Shown: positions 15,047 to 22,576 of the stretch, piece by piece | Numbering within the stretch: the first letter of the stretch is position 1 | Layout of the letters: each line of letters opens with the position of its first letter | From: Halogeometricum borinquense DSM 11551 | GTDB lineage: Archaea; Halobacteriota; Halobacteria; Halobacteriales; Haloferacaceae | Length of the DNA stretch: 32,000 nucleotides | Direction of reading: 5' to 3' | Assembly: GCF_000172995.2 (NCBI RefSeq) | Contig: NC_014729.1 | Coordinates: 2,760,001-2,792,000 of the forward strand | Made by a program: the position numbers and the translations under genes | Notes under the pieces: model-generated | Databases searched by the model: none | What the model saw: only the letters and a program-made list of their open reading frames with translations | What the model was told of the DNA's origin: nothing

Positions 15047-15625
15047 TTAGCGGCGACCCCGTCCGCGACCACCGAAGCCGCCGACGAGCCCGAGGATCAC
15101 CGAGGCGACGAGGACGATAATCGCGACAGACCCAAGAGTGAACGCGTTACCCGTCGTTGACTTGACGGTGTTTGTTGAGTTCGCGAGTTCGGGGTTCGAC
15201 GGCGTCGGCATCGTCGAACTGATCTGAGCGAACACGTAGATCCCGACGATCAGCGTGACCGCGGCCGACACCATGCGAGTGAATGTCGCTTCAATCGCCG
15301 CGTAGACCTGGGAATCCTCACCGAGGCGCTCGCCGATACCGAGTTCCTCGTCAACCTCATCCCACTGCCGTCCGGCGTAGAGATCGGCCATTTCCTGCTG
15401 AATCTCCGCGGCCGTGCGGACGTCCTCGATCCCACCCTTGAGGCGCTCGCGAACGTCGTTCACGCCGTTGATGATTGCCGCCTGTCCGATAGCGACGAGA
15501 CCCGCACGCTGTTCGGAGCTGAGTCCTTCTGTCTCGATCTCAGCGTCGAGAACGTGGTCGTCGAACTGTTCCGCGTCGTTGCTGCGCCGGTCGTATCCGG
15601 CGTGGGGGGTTGCATGAACCTCCAT
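15047..15625 (-). CDS. First gene of the long operon: an acidic N-terminal soluble domain plus two TM helices, ending GLVGGFGGRGRGRR
   Basis: The ATG start sits at the edge of a 114-nt divergent intergenic region. TM helices are TFTRMVSAAVTLIVGIYVFAQI and GSVAIIVLVASVILGLVGG. Confidence 0.85.
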   Translation of the reverse strand: MEVHATPHAGYDRRSNDAEQFDDHVLDAEIETEGLSSEQRAGLVAIGQAAIINGVNDVRERLKGGIEDVRTAAEIQQEMADLYAGRQWDEVDEELGIGERLGEDSQVYAAIEATFTRMVSAAVTLIVGIYVFAQISSTMPTPSNPELANSTNTVKSTTGNAFTLGSVAIIVLVASVILGLVGGFGGRGRGRR

Positions 15626-15739
15626 ACAGCCGAGAATTATCTCCGCTCGCTTAGATTGGCCAACTTAAGGGCCATTGGCGTGGTTTTGATAAGGTTAAGG
15701 ACAACCGTTTTTGTAAGACTATCAGTATTGAGTATATGT
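15626..15739. promoter_or_regulatory. Divergent promoter region between the minus-strand membrane operon and the plus-strand NTPase module
   Basis: It is AT-richer than its flanks. A TTTTTGTAA element is centred about 28 nt upstream of ATG 15740, and an AATCTAA element about 29 nt upstream of ATG 15625. This spacing fits leaderless haloarchaeal transcripts. Confidence 0.5.
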
Positions 15740-16012
15740 ATGGCAAGCGCCAATCCATCTACCCAAGGCGCGGACGGGACGCGAAAGACGACCCCGCAAG
15801 GCGACGTCAACAGTGAGGTACTCGGGGAGAAAGTGCACGATGATATAAAGACGAGGCAGGCCCAACAAAATGGGAACTCTGAGAACTGCATTGAGGTCAA
15901 TCTCACAAAATTCGGAAAGCAATATCACGGAATCGAGAAAGGACAGCTCCTTGAGGTCGAAGTTCGCGAAGGCGGTATTCTGATCAAACCCTGTGAATTC
16001 GCCGAACGATGA
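15740..16012 (+). CDS. AbrB/SpoVT-like small DNA-binding protein (90 aa)
   Basis: The C-terminal IEVNLTKFGKQYHGIEKGQLLEVEVREGGILIKP resembles the swapped-hairpin AbrB/MazE fold motif. I chose internal ATG 15740 because the N-terminus of the track ORF from 15554 overlaps the divergent gene and reads as junk. Confidence 0.7.
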   Translation: MASANPSTQGADGTRKTTPQGDVNSEVLGEKVHDDIKTRQAQQNGNSENCIEVNLTKFGKQYHGIEKGQLLEVEVREGGILIKPCEFAER

Positions 16013-16632
16013 GCGACAGTCGCCCCGATAACCGTGACAAGGACGGCCCGACGGGCTCTGATCGACTGATACTCGACGCTTACGAACGAGCCGCTGAACA
16101 CCGCGAGCGCGCGGAACTTGCTCCGTTCGTTCCCGACAACGTGGTGAATTCGGAGATCGCCTCGGCCGAATACTTCGCGTCGGTGATCGAGTATTACAGT
16201 CGGCTTGAGCCGCACCTCCCCGACCGACCGCACTATTGGGAACAGGTCGCGCTCATGCCGAATCCCGTCGGATCCGACCGGAACAAGGTCGTCGATGCGC
16301 TCATGGATTTCTACAACGTCGATGCGGAGACAGCGCTCAACTGCCTTGAGTGGATGGAGGAAGATCCGAGCTTCCCAATCGAGGCACGCGACGACGAACA
16401 GATTATGCACGGGCTCCGCTCCCTGCAAGCGTGGCGCTCGCGCACGACACCAGACACCCAACAGTACGACGACGTCCTTGAGGGCCGCGTCACCGTTCGC
16501 CGCGAACTCCCACAGTATCTCCCGCGTAAGCACACTCTTCGGGTACACACGGTTCTCGACGAGGCGGCGAGCAAGCTCGGGTTCGGTCCCGAGGGTGACA
16601 TCCCCGAAGAATGGGAGAAAGACCCGATCTAA
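16009..16632 (+). CDS. Hypothetical acidic protein (207 aa)
   Basis: ATGA overlap with the AbrB-like gene. Composition is halophile-like. I recognise no motif. Confidence 0.8.
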   Translation: MSDSRPDNRDKDGPTGSDRLILDAYERAAEHRERAELAPFVPDNVVNSEIASAEYFASVIEYYSRLEPHLPDRPHYWEQVALMPNPVGSDRNKVVDALMDFYNVDAETALNCLEWMEEDPSFPIEARDDEQIMHGLRSLQAWRSRTTPDTQQYDDVLEGRVTVRRELPQYLPRKHTLRVHTVLDEAASKLGFGPEGDIPEEWEKDPI

Positions 16633-16647
16633 CCGAGGTATCTTTTC

Positions 16648-17547
16648 ATGGCGAAAGCTCAAATCACACATCCCACGGCCGACCGTATCCCCGAACCCGT
16701 CCGGAACTCTCCAATCCTCCGCAAGGTGATCTACCGGCGGGTTCACGAATGGAACCAGAACTTCATGGGCGTCGTCGTCGGCGAGACGGGCAAGGGCAAG
16801 TCCTACGCCGCTCTCCGTCTCGCCGAGGCTCTCTACCCCGATTTCGACGTCGACAACGTCGCATTCACTCTCGAGGAGTTTTTCGGACTCGTCGAGGAGG
16901 ACCAACCCGAGGGATCGGTGATCGTCCTCGACGAGGCCGGCGTCGGCGCCTCACATCGCGACTGGTACGACGACGCCCACCAGCACCTCAACTACGTGTT
17001 GCAAACGTGGCGCCACCAGAACCGGATCGCGATCCTCACGCTTCCCGAGCTCGACAAGCTCGATCCCGTCGCTCGGTCCCGGCTCCACGGCTATTTCGAG
17101 ATGATCCGGATCAACCACGACGAGGAGTGGTCGCGGGCTCAGTTCAAGAGGATCAAGACGAACCCGAGGACCGGCGAGAACCACTACCCGTACCCTCGAC
17201 TCCGGTGGGACGGGACCAAACGGAAATATAAAGGACTCACCTTCGGCCTCCCGTCCGTGGATCTGATCGGTGCTTATGAAGAACGTAAAGAGAAGTTCAC
17301 AGACTCCCTAAACAAGACGGCAAAGGAGGCCGTTGCCCCTGACGATGATGACGAGGAGGAGTATAGCCCGCGTGAGGCCGTTGACGAGATCGAGTCACGC
17401 GACGCCGTTGACGCCTACCTTGAGGACTCGCCCGGTGGACAGTACATCAACCGGAACCTCCTCAAGGTGGACTACGGGCTTACAGAGAACGAGAGTAAGA
17501 CCGTCAAGAGTCTGCTAAAGCGGAGGTTCGACCTTGACGTCATGTGA
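16648..17547 (+). CDS. P-loop NTPase (299 aa), a small virus/plasmid-type morphogenesis or packaging-like ATPase candidate
   Basis: Walker A is GVVVGETGKGKSYAA and Walker B is SVIVLDEAGV. GAGGT lies 9 nt upstream of the ATG. The C-terminal tail is acidic. Confidence 0.9.
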   Translation: MAKAQITHPTADRIPEPVRNSPILRKVIYRRVHEWNQNFMGVVVGETGKGKSYAALRLAEALYPDFDVDNVAFTLEEFFGLVEEDQPEGSVIVLDEAGVGASHRDWYDDAHQHLNYVLQTWRHQNRIAILTLPELDKLDPVARSRLHGYFEMIRINHDEEWSRAQFKRIKTNPRTGENHYPYPRLRWDGTKRKYKGLTFGLPSVDLIGAYEERKEKFTDSLNKTAKEAVAPDDDDEEEYSPREAVDEIESRDAVDAYLEDSPGGQYINRNLLKVDYGLTENESKTVKSLLKRRFDLDVM

Positions 17548-17565
17548 CGCTCTAAGGGCATATCC

Positions 17566-17590
17566 GAGGGGGACCCTCCCCCTCCCCCCC
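17566..17590 (+). terminator. G/C homopolymer hairpin (GAGGGGG-ACCCT-CCCCCTC) followed by a C7 run after the NTPase gene
   Basis: A 7-bp perfect stem at 17566-17572/17578-17584 and a C7 run at 17584-17590, located 19 nt after the stop codon. Confidence 0.35.
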
Positions 17591-17712
17591 TTATGGTCAG
17601 TTAGCTGTACGCGTGTTATATCGCGGGCCGGTTCGGCGCCGCAACGATGCTGCCACCATGATACCGGGGTTGCACCCACGGCGAAGCGCGGAGCGCGAGG
17701 AGGTCGCTCGAC

Positions 17713-18891
17713 ATGAGTTCGCACTTAAAAATAGAAGACGTTCACGACGCGATTGAGAACGGCGCTCGGACGAAGAATGAAATCGCCGAGGTCGTTGGTA
17801 AATCGCCCTCGAATACGAACCGCAAACTCAAGGCGTGGGTCGAGAACGAGGACGTCCGCCTGGATCGGCACTGGAACCACGGCGACGGTGGCGGCTACGT
17901 CTACACGATTCCCGCCAAGGACGAGATCGACGATGCGGAGGACCTGCCGATCCTCGGCTCTCGCAACTACGACTGGGACCGGTTCGTTCCCGACACCGAG
18001 GACGTTCCCGTGTACCGGCAGGCCGAGCGCGAACTCGACGAGATCAAGGCCGTCCTCAAGGCGCGCGGCGCGACCGGGCAACTCCCACGGTTCCAGATCT
18101 CCGGTCCGACTGGGTGCGGCAAGACGACCCTCGCCGAGTATCTTGCTGCTGACCGCGGCGCGCCCATGATCACGATTCAATGCAACTACGCGCTCCGCGG
18201 CGCGGAACTCCTCGGAACGCCTCAGATCGTCGGTGGTGACGTCATGTGGGTGGACGGTCCGCTCACTCGTGCCCTCCTCGCCTCACGAGAACGCGAGGTC
18301 CTTGTCCTGATCGACGAGGTCACACGCGCAACCGCGCGGTCGAAAGGAACGCTGTTTCCGGCGCTCGATCACCGCGCCGAGGTCAAGATCAAGCCCCGCG
18401 GCAATGAGTTGATCTCCGGCGTAGCCGAGGACATGATCACAGTCGCCACGATGAACGAAGGGCAGGATTACGAAACGGAGGAGCTTGACGCCGCTGAGGA
18501 GCGTCGTCTCGGACTCAAGTGGGAGCTTCCTTACCTCGGGCAGCACTCGCCCGACCTCGAGGCCGAACTCGTTGCGACCAAGACACCGATGCCGAGTACC
18601 GACGCCCGCGTTCTCGTCGATGCCGCCAACGTCGTACGCGACGCCGCCGAGGACGAGTCGGAGCCCGCGATCACCCGCGGTGTCCCGACTCCTGCGGTGA
18701 TCTCTTGGGCACAAACTGCCTACGCGTTCGCTGAGCGTGGGCTCAACGATCCTGTCGGTCGTGCCATGCAGTCCGCGGTCGTCAAGCCCGTCTACGACGA
18801 GGTCGCGGGTGACGTCGCCGGTAAGATACACTCAGCGTTGAAGCGAGCCGACCATGAGCCCGACCTCGGCCCCGAAGAGGTGACGGCATGA
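17713..18891 (+). CDS. MoxR/CbbQ/GvpN-like AAA+ (AAA_5) ATPase with an N-terminal wHTH-like domain
   Basis: Walker A is ISGPTGCGKTTLAEYL and Walker B is VLVLIDEVTRA. The N-terminal TKNEIAEVVGKSPSNTNRKLKAWVEN is HTH-like. GGAGGT lies 9 nt upstream of the ATG. Confidence 0.9.
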   Translation: MSSHLKIEDVHDAIENGARTKNEIAEVVGKSPSNTNRKLKAWVENEDVRLDRHWNHGDGGGYVYTIPAKDEIDDAEDLPILGSRNYDWDRFVPDTEDVPVYRQAERELDEIKAVLKARGATGQLPRFQISGPTGCGKTTLAEYLAADRGAPMITIQCNYALRGAELLGTPQIVGGDVMWVDGPLTRALLASREREVLVLIDEVTRATARSKGTLFPALDHRAEVKIKPRGNELISGVAEDMITVATMNEGQDYETEELDAAEERRLGLKWELPYLGQHSPDLEAELVATKTPMPSTDARVLVDAANVVRDAAEDESEPAITRGVPTPAVISWAQTAYAFAERGLNDPVGRAMQSAVVKPVYDEVAGDVAGKIHSALKRADHEPDLGPEEVTA

Positions 18892-19073
18892 GCGCGGTCG
18901 TCGCGAGGGCGTTCGCTCGATTCGTCTCTTGGCTTTCTCCTCCGGAGGACGTCGCCGACGAGCTCCCCGCGTGGGACGAGTGCTACAACTGTGGAGGGAC
19001 GATTGAGCCGCCCGAGCGTCCGAGCATGGTCCTCGTCGAGTGTTCAGAGTGCGGCCGTCGAAACATCCGATGA
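18888..19073 (+). CDS. Small zinc-ribbon protein (61 aa)
   Basis: CYNCGG...x17...CSECG gives two CxxC pairs. There is an ATGA overlap with the AAA+ gene. Confidence 0.7.
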   Translation: MSAVVARAFARFVSWLSPPEDVADELPAWDECYNCGGTIEPPERPSMVLVECSECGRRNIR

Positions 19074-19092
19074 ACGAACCGCGACGCCACCG

Positions 19093-19129
19093 CGCACCGG
19101 AGCGGTGCGGTTCGGTGCGCCTCGCACCG
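19093..19129 (+). promoter_or_regulatory. Four-segment alternative-hairpin element upstream of the VWA gene
   Basis: The segments are CGCACCG (19093-19099), CGGTGCG (19103-19109), CGGTGCG (19113-19119) and CGCACCG (19123-19129). Segments 1 and 4 can each pair with either 2 or 3. Confidence 0.4.
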
Positions 19130-19139
19130 TCACGACGCT

Positions 19140-20348
19140 ATGAGTGAGATCGGCGACGTGATCGCGGTGATCCCGCAGCACTACGTTAACGAGGCCGACG
19201 TCTCGTTTACCACCGAATCCCTCGACGTCTCTGGTGTCCTCGTCGATGTCCTCGAGCCCGAGGAGAATGACGGCCGCCGCACTCTGGTTGTTGACAACGA
19301 CGGATCCGAGTACCATCTCGCCGCCCGCGAGCGCATGGCCGCCGACGGACTCACCGAGTGGACACCCGGGCCCGTGCGGACGAGCTCGAGCGTCGAACTC
19401 GGTGAACTCCGCTCAATCGACGTCGATCCACCTGACGAGGATGAGGGTGCTGCCGTCATTGATGACGTCGAGGCGCTCGACAGTGAGGATCTCTCTAGCG
19501 AAATCGGCGAGATAGGAGGGATCCACCGCGGTGGCAAAGCGACCTCAAGGCTCGCTGATCGGCGGAGCGCCCGGAACCACCGCGTCGATAACTACTCTGG
19601 GAGCGCGCCCGCGAGCGACGTTCGCGACGAGCTCCGAGCCGGTGGGACCGCAGCGGCGGTCGTGCGCGAATTCAAACGCCTTGTCGCCGAGGAAATCCGT
19701 GTCACTGATCGCGTCGGTGAGCGGCCGGATGTCCGCAACGTGATCCGGTTCCTTGCGGGTGACGACACCGTTTTCGACGATCTGTGGTCCCGCACCGAGA
19801 CGAACGACACTGGCGACCGCGTCGTCGGAATCGCACTCGACATGAGTGGCAGTATGGGCAACGCCGAGCATGATGCGAAAGCTGCGGTCGGCGCGCTCGC
19901 CCTTGCCGCGAGTGCCGTCGATGACGATGTCGTGATCACCGCGTTCCCCCAGGGAAAGCGTAAGAGTGCGCTCGTCACCGGTCCCTACGAGTCGTGGCGG
20001 TGGCAGCACCTCGATGCCACGGAACCCGGCGGTGGGACGCCCATGCTTCCGGCACTCCGCGACGTTACCCGACTTATGCGTCCACTCAAGGGTCGTGAGC
20101 GCGTGCTGTTTGCGATCACCGATGGCCGGCCGAGTCGCGCCGATAGGGTCGCCGAGCTCGTCGAAGATCTCCGAACCTACGGGACAGCGGTCGTTGGGTT
20201 TGGGTTCGGTCGCGTGAACGAGTCCACGCTCGAAGAGCTATTTGGGAGAGACGGCTACCGGCACGTTGACGTTGAGGATCTCCCGCGGGCGCTCGTCGGT
20301 GCGTACCTGGATCAACTCGAACTCGACGCGACGCTCGACAGGCAGTGA
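19140..20348 (+). CDS. von Willebrand factor A (VWA) domain protein with a complete MIDAS motif, CobT/NorD-like partner of the AAA+ ATPase
   Basis: MIDAS elements are GIALDMSGSMG (DxSxS), GGGTP (Thr) and AITDGRP (Asp). The N-terminal region is about 200 aa and acidic. Confidence 0.9.
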   Translation: MSEIGDVIAVIPQHYVNEADVSFTTESLDVSGVLVDVLEPEENDGRRTLVVDNDGSEYHLAARERMAADGLTEWTPGPVRTSSSVELGELRSIDVDPPDEDEGAAVIDDVEALDSEDLSSEIGEIGGIHRGGKATSRLADRRSARNHRVDNYSGSAPASDVRDELRAGGTAAAVVREFKRLVAEEIRVTDRVGERPDVRNVIRFLAGDDTVFDDLWSRTETNDTGDRVVGIALDMSGSMGNAEHDAKAAVGALALAASAVDDDVVITAFPQGKRKSALVTGPYESWRWQHLDATEPGGGTPMLPALRDVTRLMRPLKGRERVLFAITDGRPSRADRVAELVEDLRTYGTAVVGFGFGRVNESTLEELFGRDGYRHVDVEDLPRALVGAYLDQLELDATLDRQ

Positions 20349-20353
20349 GGCAG

Positions 20354-20358
20354 AAAAA
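20354..20358 (-). terminator. Oligo-T (minus strand) immediately after the 3-gene membrane operon, within the 12-nt convergent gap to the VWA gene
   Basis: The minus strand reads TAG TCTTTTTCTGCC directly after the stop at 20361. Confidence 0.35.
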
Positions 20359-20360
20359 GA

Positions 20361-20690
20361 CTACAGGTTGAACAACTCGCGGACACCGCCGCCTCCGCTG
20401 TCAATTCCCGTCTCGTTGTGCTTGAGCCATGCGTGGGCTCGTTCCTGTGCTTCGTCTGTAGTGTAGCATGTCGAGACGAGTTCGGCAGCAAGCGGTTCCC
20501 CGTGTTCATCAACGTCGCTTGCGAGGACGAGCACGATCTCCCCGGAATCAACGGCGATGACATGGGTACGGTCGCTGTTGCGGTGCTCGCGCTCCCACAC
20601 CTCGAGGACTTCGCCGCCGATCTCCTCGTAGCCGTGGCGATGACGGCGGTTTCGAGGGCCGGTGGCGCGGTGGTCCCCGCGTTCGCTCAT
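20361..20690 (-). CDS. Small soluble acidic protein (109 aa)
   Basis: ATG 20690 overlaps the upstream stop (ATGA). The N-terminal 104 residues of the track ORF 20361..21002 are Arg/Ser-rich read-through of the neighbouring gene. Confidence 0.65.
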   Translation of the reverse strand: MSERGDHRATGPRNRRHRHGYEEIGGEVLEVWEREHRNSDRTHVIAVDSGEIVLVLASDVDEHGEPLAAELVSTCYTTDEAQERAHAWLKHNETGIDSGGGGVRELFNL

Positions 20691-20920
20691 GCGATCTCCG
20701 TGCCCTCCGCCTCGTTCTTCTCGGATCCGACGACCTGGCTTAGGTAGATCAGGCCGTTCTGGATCGTGAGTACGGCGAGCCCACCCAACGCGATCAACGC
20801 CGGGAGGAACGACACCGGGGAACTCACGATCAGGTGCGCGAGAAGCGCGACCGCGAGGAGTCCAAGCATTAGTGAGAGTGCGATACGTCCCTCGACGACA
20901 TCGTAGTGCGTTACGGTCAT
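20687..20920 (-). CDS. Small 2-TM membrane protein (77 aa)
   Basis: ATG 20920 overlaps the upstream stop (ATGA). There are two hydrophobic helices. Confidence 0.65.
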   Translation of the reverse strand: MTVTHYDVVEGRIALSLMLGLLAVALLAHLIVSSPVSFLPALIALGGLAVLTIQNGLIYLSQVVGSEKNEAEGTEIA

Positions 20921-21348
20921 TGTTCTGTGAACAGGATCGGCTTCTCCGACACTCCGTAGGCGACGAGCACCTCGCCGAGTTCGAGGAGTACGACGACGAC
21001 ACACCCCGTGACGACGAGCGGCGTGAACGCGTTGGCCGTCATCGAGGCGACGATCAACGCCAACACTGCCATCAATCCCGCTGCGGCGAGGCCGTTCTTA
21101 GCGACCCGCTCGAGATCCTCCGAAGTCGGCTCGTCCGGAAGGATCTGGGCTGCGAATCGGCTCGCGAGGATGTCGGCGACGCGGTCAGTCACTCGAGGTG
21201 GGGCAAGGAACTCACGCGGTTCCCGAGCGCCGCTCAGGAGACGGGAAACGACCCACCCGAGTGAGAGACCGAACGTGGCGATCAACACGTAGGCAACGGG
21301 ACCGGAGGGCGCTGCCACCGCGCCAGCCGTAGTCGGTACGCTCGGCAC
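20917..21348 (-). CDS. Membrane protein (143 aa, about 4 TM)
   Basis: The GTG start has GAGGTG 9 nt upstream. Hydrophobic helices are separated by a charged loop. Confidence 0.7.
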   Translation of the reverse strand: MPSVPTTAGAVAAPSGPVAYVLIATFGLSLGWVVSRLLSGAREPREFLAPPRVTDRVADILASRFAAQILPDEPTSEDLERVAKNGLAAAGLMAVLALIVASMTANAFTPLVVTGCVVVVLLELGEVLVAYGVSEKPILFTEQ

Positions 21349-21560
21349 TATGGGGCACCTCGGTTCGGGAGTAGTCGGAGAGTCATACGGTCGTGTAGTG
21401 GCTGCAACTACGCCCTAACCGTCTCCTCGCGGTTTCATAAACCACGGCGGATAACCTTATTCGAATAAGATTTGGTTTAAACAGTTTACTCCCGCTATCT
21501 GTTGTGTTGAATCTCAACATCTGCCAAACTCTTATCAATTCACATCGCAGAGAACCGCAT

Positions 21561-21743
21561 ATGCCGAAGATATTCAGAAACAACATGAATTGGCATCATG
21601 ATGGTCCTGGTGGTTGCAAAGTTGTTGATCCAGCAGGTGTCGATAATCACCTTGTTCACAACAAGGACTGGGGTGAAGCACTCGGTCTAATAGAGGATGA
21701 CGCTGGTGATCGGTGCGGCCAATGCAATTGGCCTGACGGATAG
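21561..21743 (+). CDS. Possible small Cys-containing protein (60 aa)
   Basis: The ATG lies within the track ORF 21504..21743, and there is a C...CxxC pattern (CKVV...CGQC). It sits in an AT-rich region. Support is weak. Confidence 0.3.
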   Translation: MPKIFRNNMNWHHDGPGGCKVVDPAGVDNHLVHNKDWGEALGLIEDDAGDRCGQCNWPDG

Positions 21744-21924
21744 TTTGGTTAGCGCTAAGTAGTCGTTGGCAATTAACGTCGAGCTATTCTGGTTTCATCG
21801 CAACTTTCTCTGCAAGATGTACTGAACAGTCTCCTCGATATAGACGAAGCTGTAGGAATACGATTCTTTCCGTGTTCAGCAGCTATCCTGTCATTTGAAA
21901 TATTTTTGTCCTATACAGATATAT

Positions 21925-22263
21925 ATGGGAAATAAAGACCTTAGAACTGCATTCAAGCAGTCGATCAATTGCATGGATGATGATGTTGATTGGGTAGCTA
22001 CGACAAACCTAGACGATCCGTCATCTGAAATGACCGGTTACGAGTCCTTCGATGTTGTACTCCATTTGAATACGACCGATACGCAGATTGCACGCGAGAT
22101 TGTGGGAGATGCTGGTGAGAAGATTAAAGACCGAGACGACTGGGACGGCAAGTTACTGTTTGAAACTATCTGGGAGGGGTCCCCAGAAATCGAGATGAGA
22201 GTACGGGTGTACTTGACGTCTGAGGCAAGACAGAACGGGAGTGGCGCTGAGTTATATTTCTAG
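21925..22263 (+). CDS. Hypothetical acidic protein (112 aa)
   Basis: ATG 21925 is preceded by an AT-rich TATA-like AAATATTT about 25 nt upstream. The track ORF starts at TTG 21895. Confidence 0.45.
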   Translation: MGNKDLRTAFKQSINCMDDDVDWVATTNLDDPSSEMTGYESFDVVLHLNTTDTQIAREIVGDAGEKIKDRDDWDGKLLFETIWEGSPEIEMRVRVYLTSEARQNGSGAELYF

Positions 22264-22467
22264 TAGCCGTTGATTCACCACGGATGCCTTTCAGGTTGTA
22301 ACTCTCCGTTTATCCGATGCCGTATGGTTTCTACGATTGTTTGAATACTTTCCCATTACCGACAACAACCGTTTATGACGACGTGATCACGGTGAACCTG
22401 GTGCTGCTATTGATGCTAAACGTTTGTCGTACTTCTTGAACTGATTTGATTTGCATTAAGCACATTG

Positions 22468-22488
22468 CCGACTTGTTATACAAGTCGG
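22468..22488. promoter_or_regulatory. Perfect 21-nt palindrome CCGACTTGT-TAT-ACAAGTCGG, 89 nt upstream of the small recombinase gene
   Basis: The 9-bp arms are exactly complementary around a 3-nt centre. This geometry is typical of a tyrosine-recombinase core site or an operator. Confidence 0.4.
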
Positions 22489-22576
22489 AAGCGAACCCCC
22501 TGTATCACCCACACTTGCACCTCGATCACGTCGGTGTCCGGTGCCTCTAAGTGAAATGTTGTTATAAGAAATCTTC

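Noticed and set aside
15925-16905. A 326-aa minus-strand ORF spanning the 207-aa gene and the start of the NTPase gene.
   Set aside because: It runs antisense across two separate plus-strand genes. One of those carries unambiguous Walker A/B motifs and the other is ATGA-coupled to its neighbour. The ORF has no start context or motifs and would collide with the divergent promoter logic.
20361-21002. The 213-aa track ORF read as a single gene.
   Set aside because: Its N-terminal 104 aa are Ser/Arg-rich and overlap a well-behaved 2-TM ORF in another frame. An internal ATG at 20690 with an ATGA overlap gives a compact acidic 109-aa protein instead.
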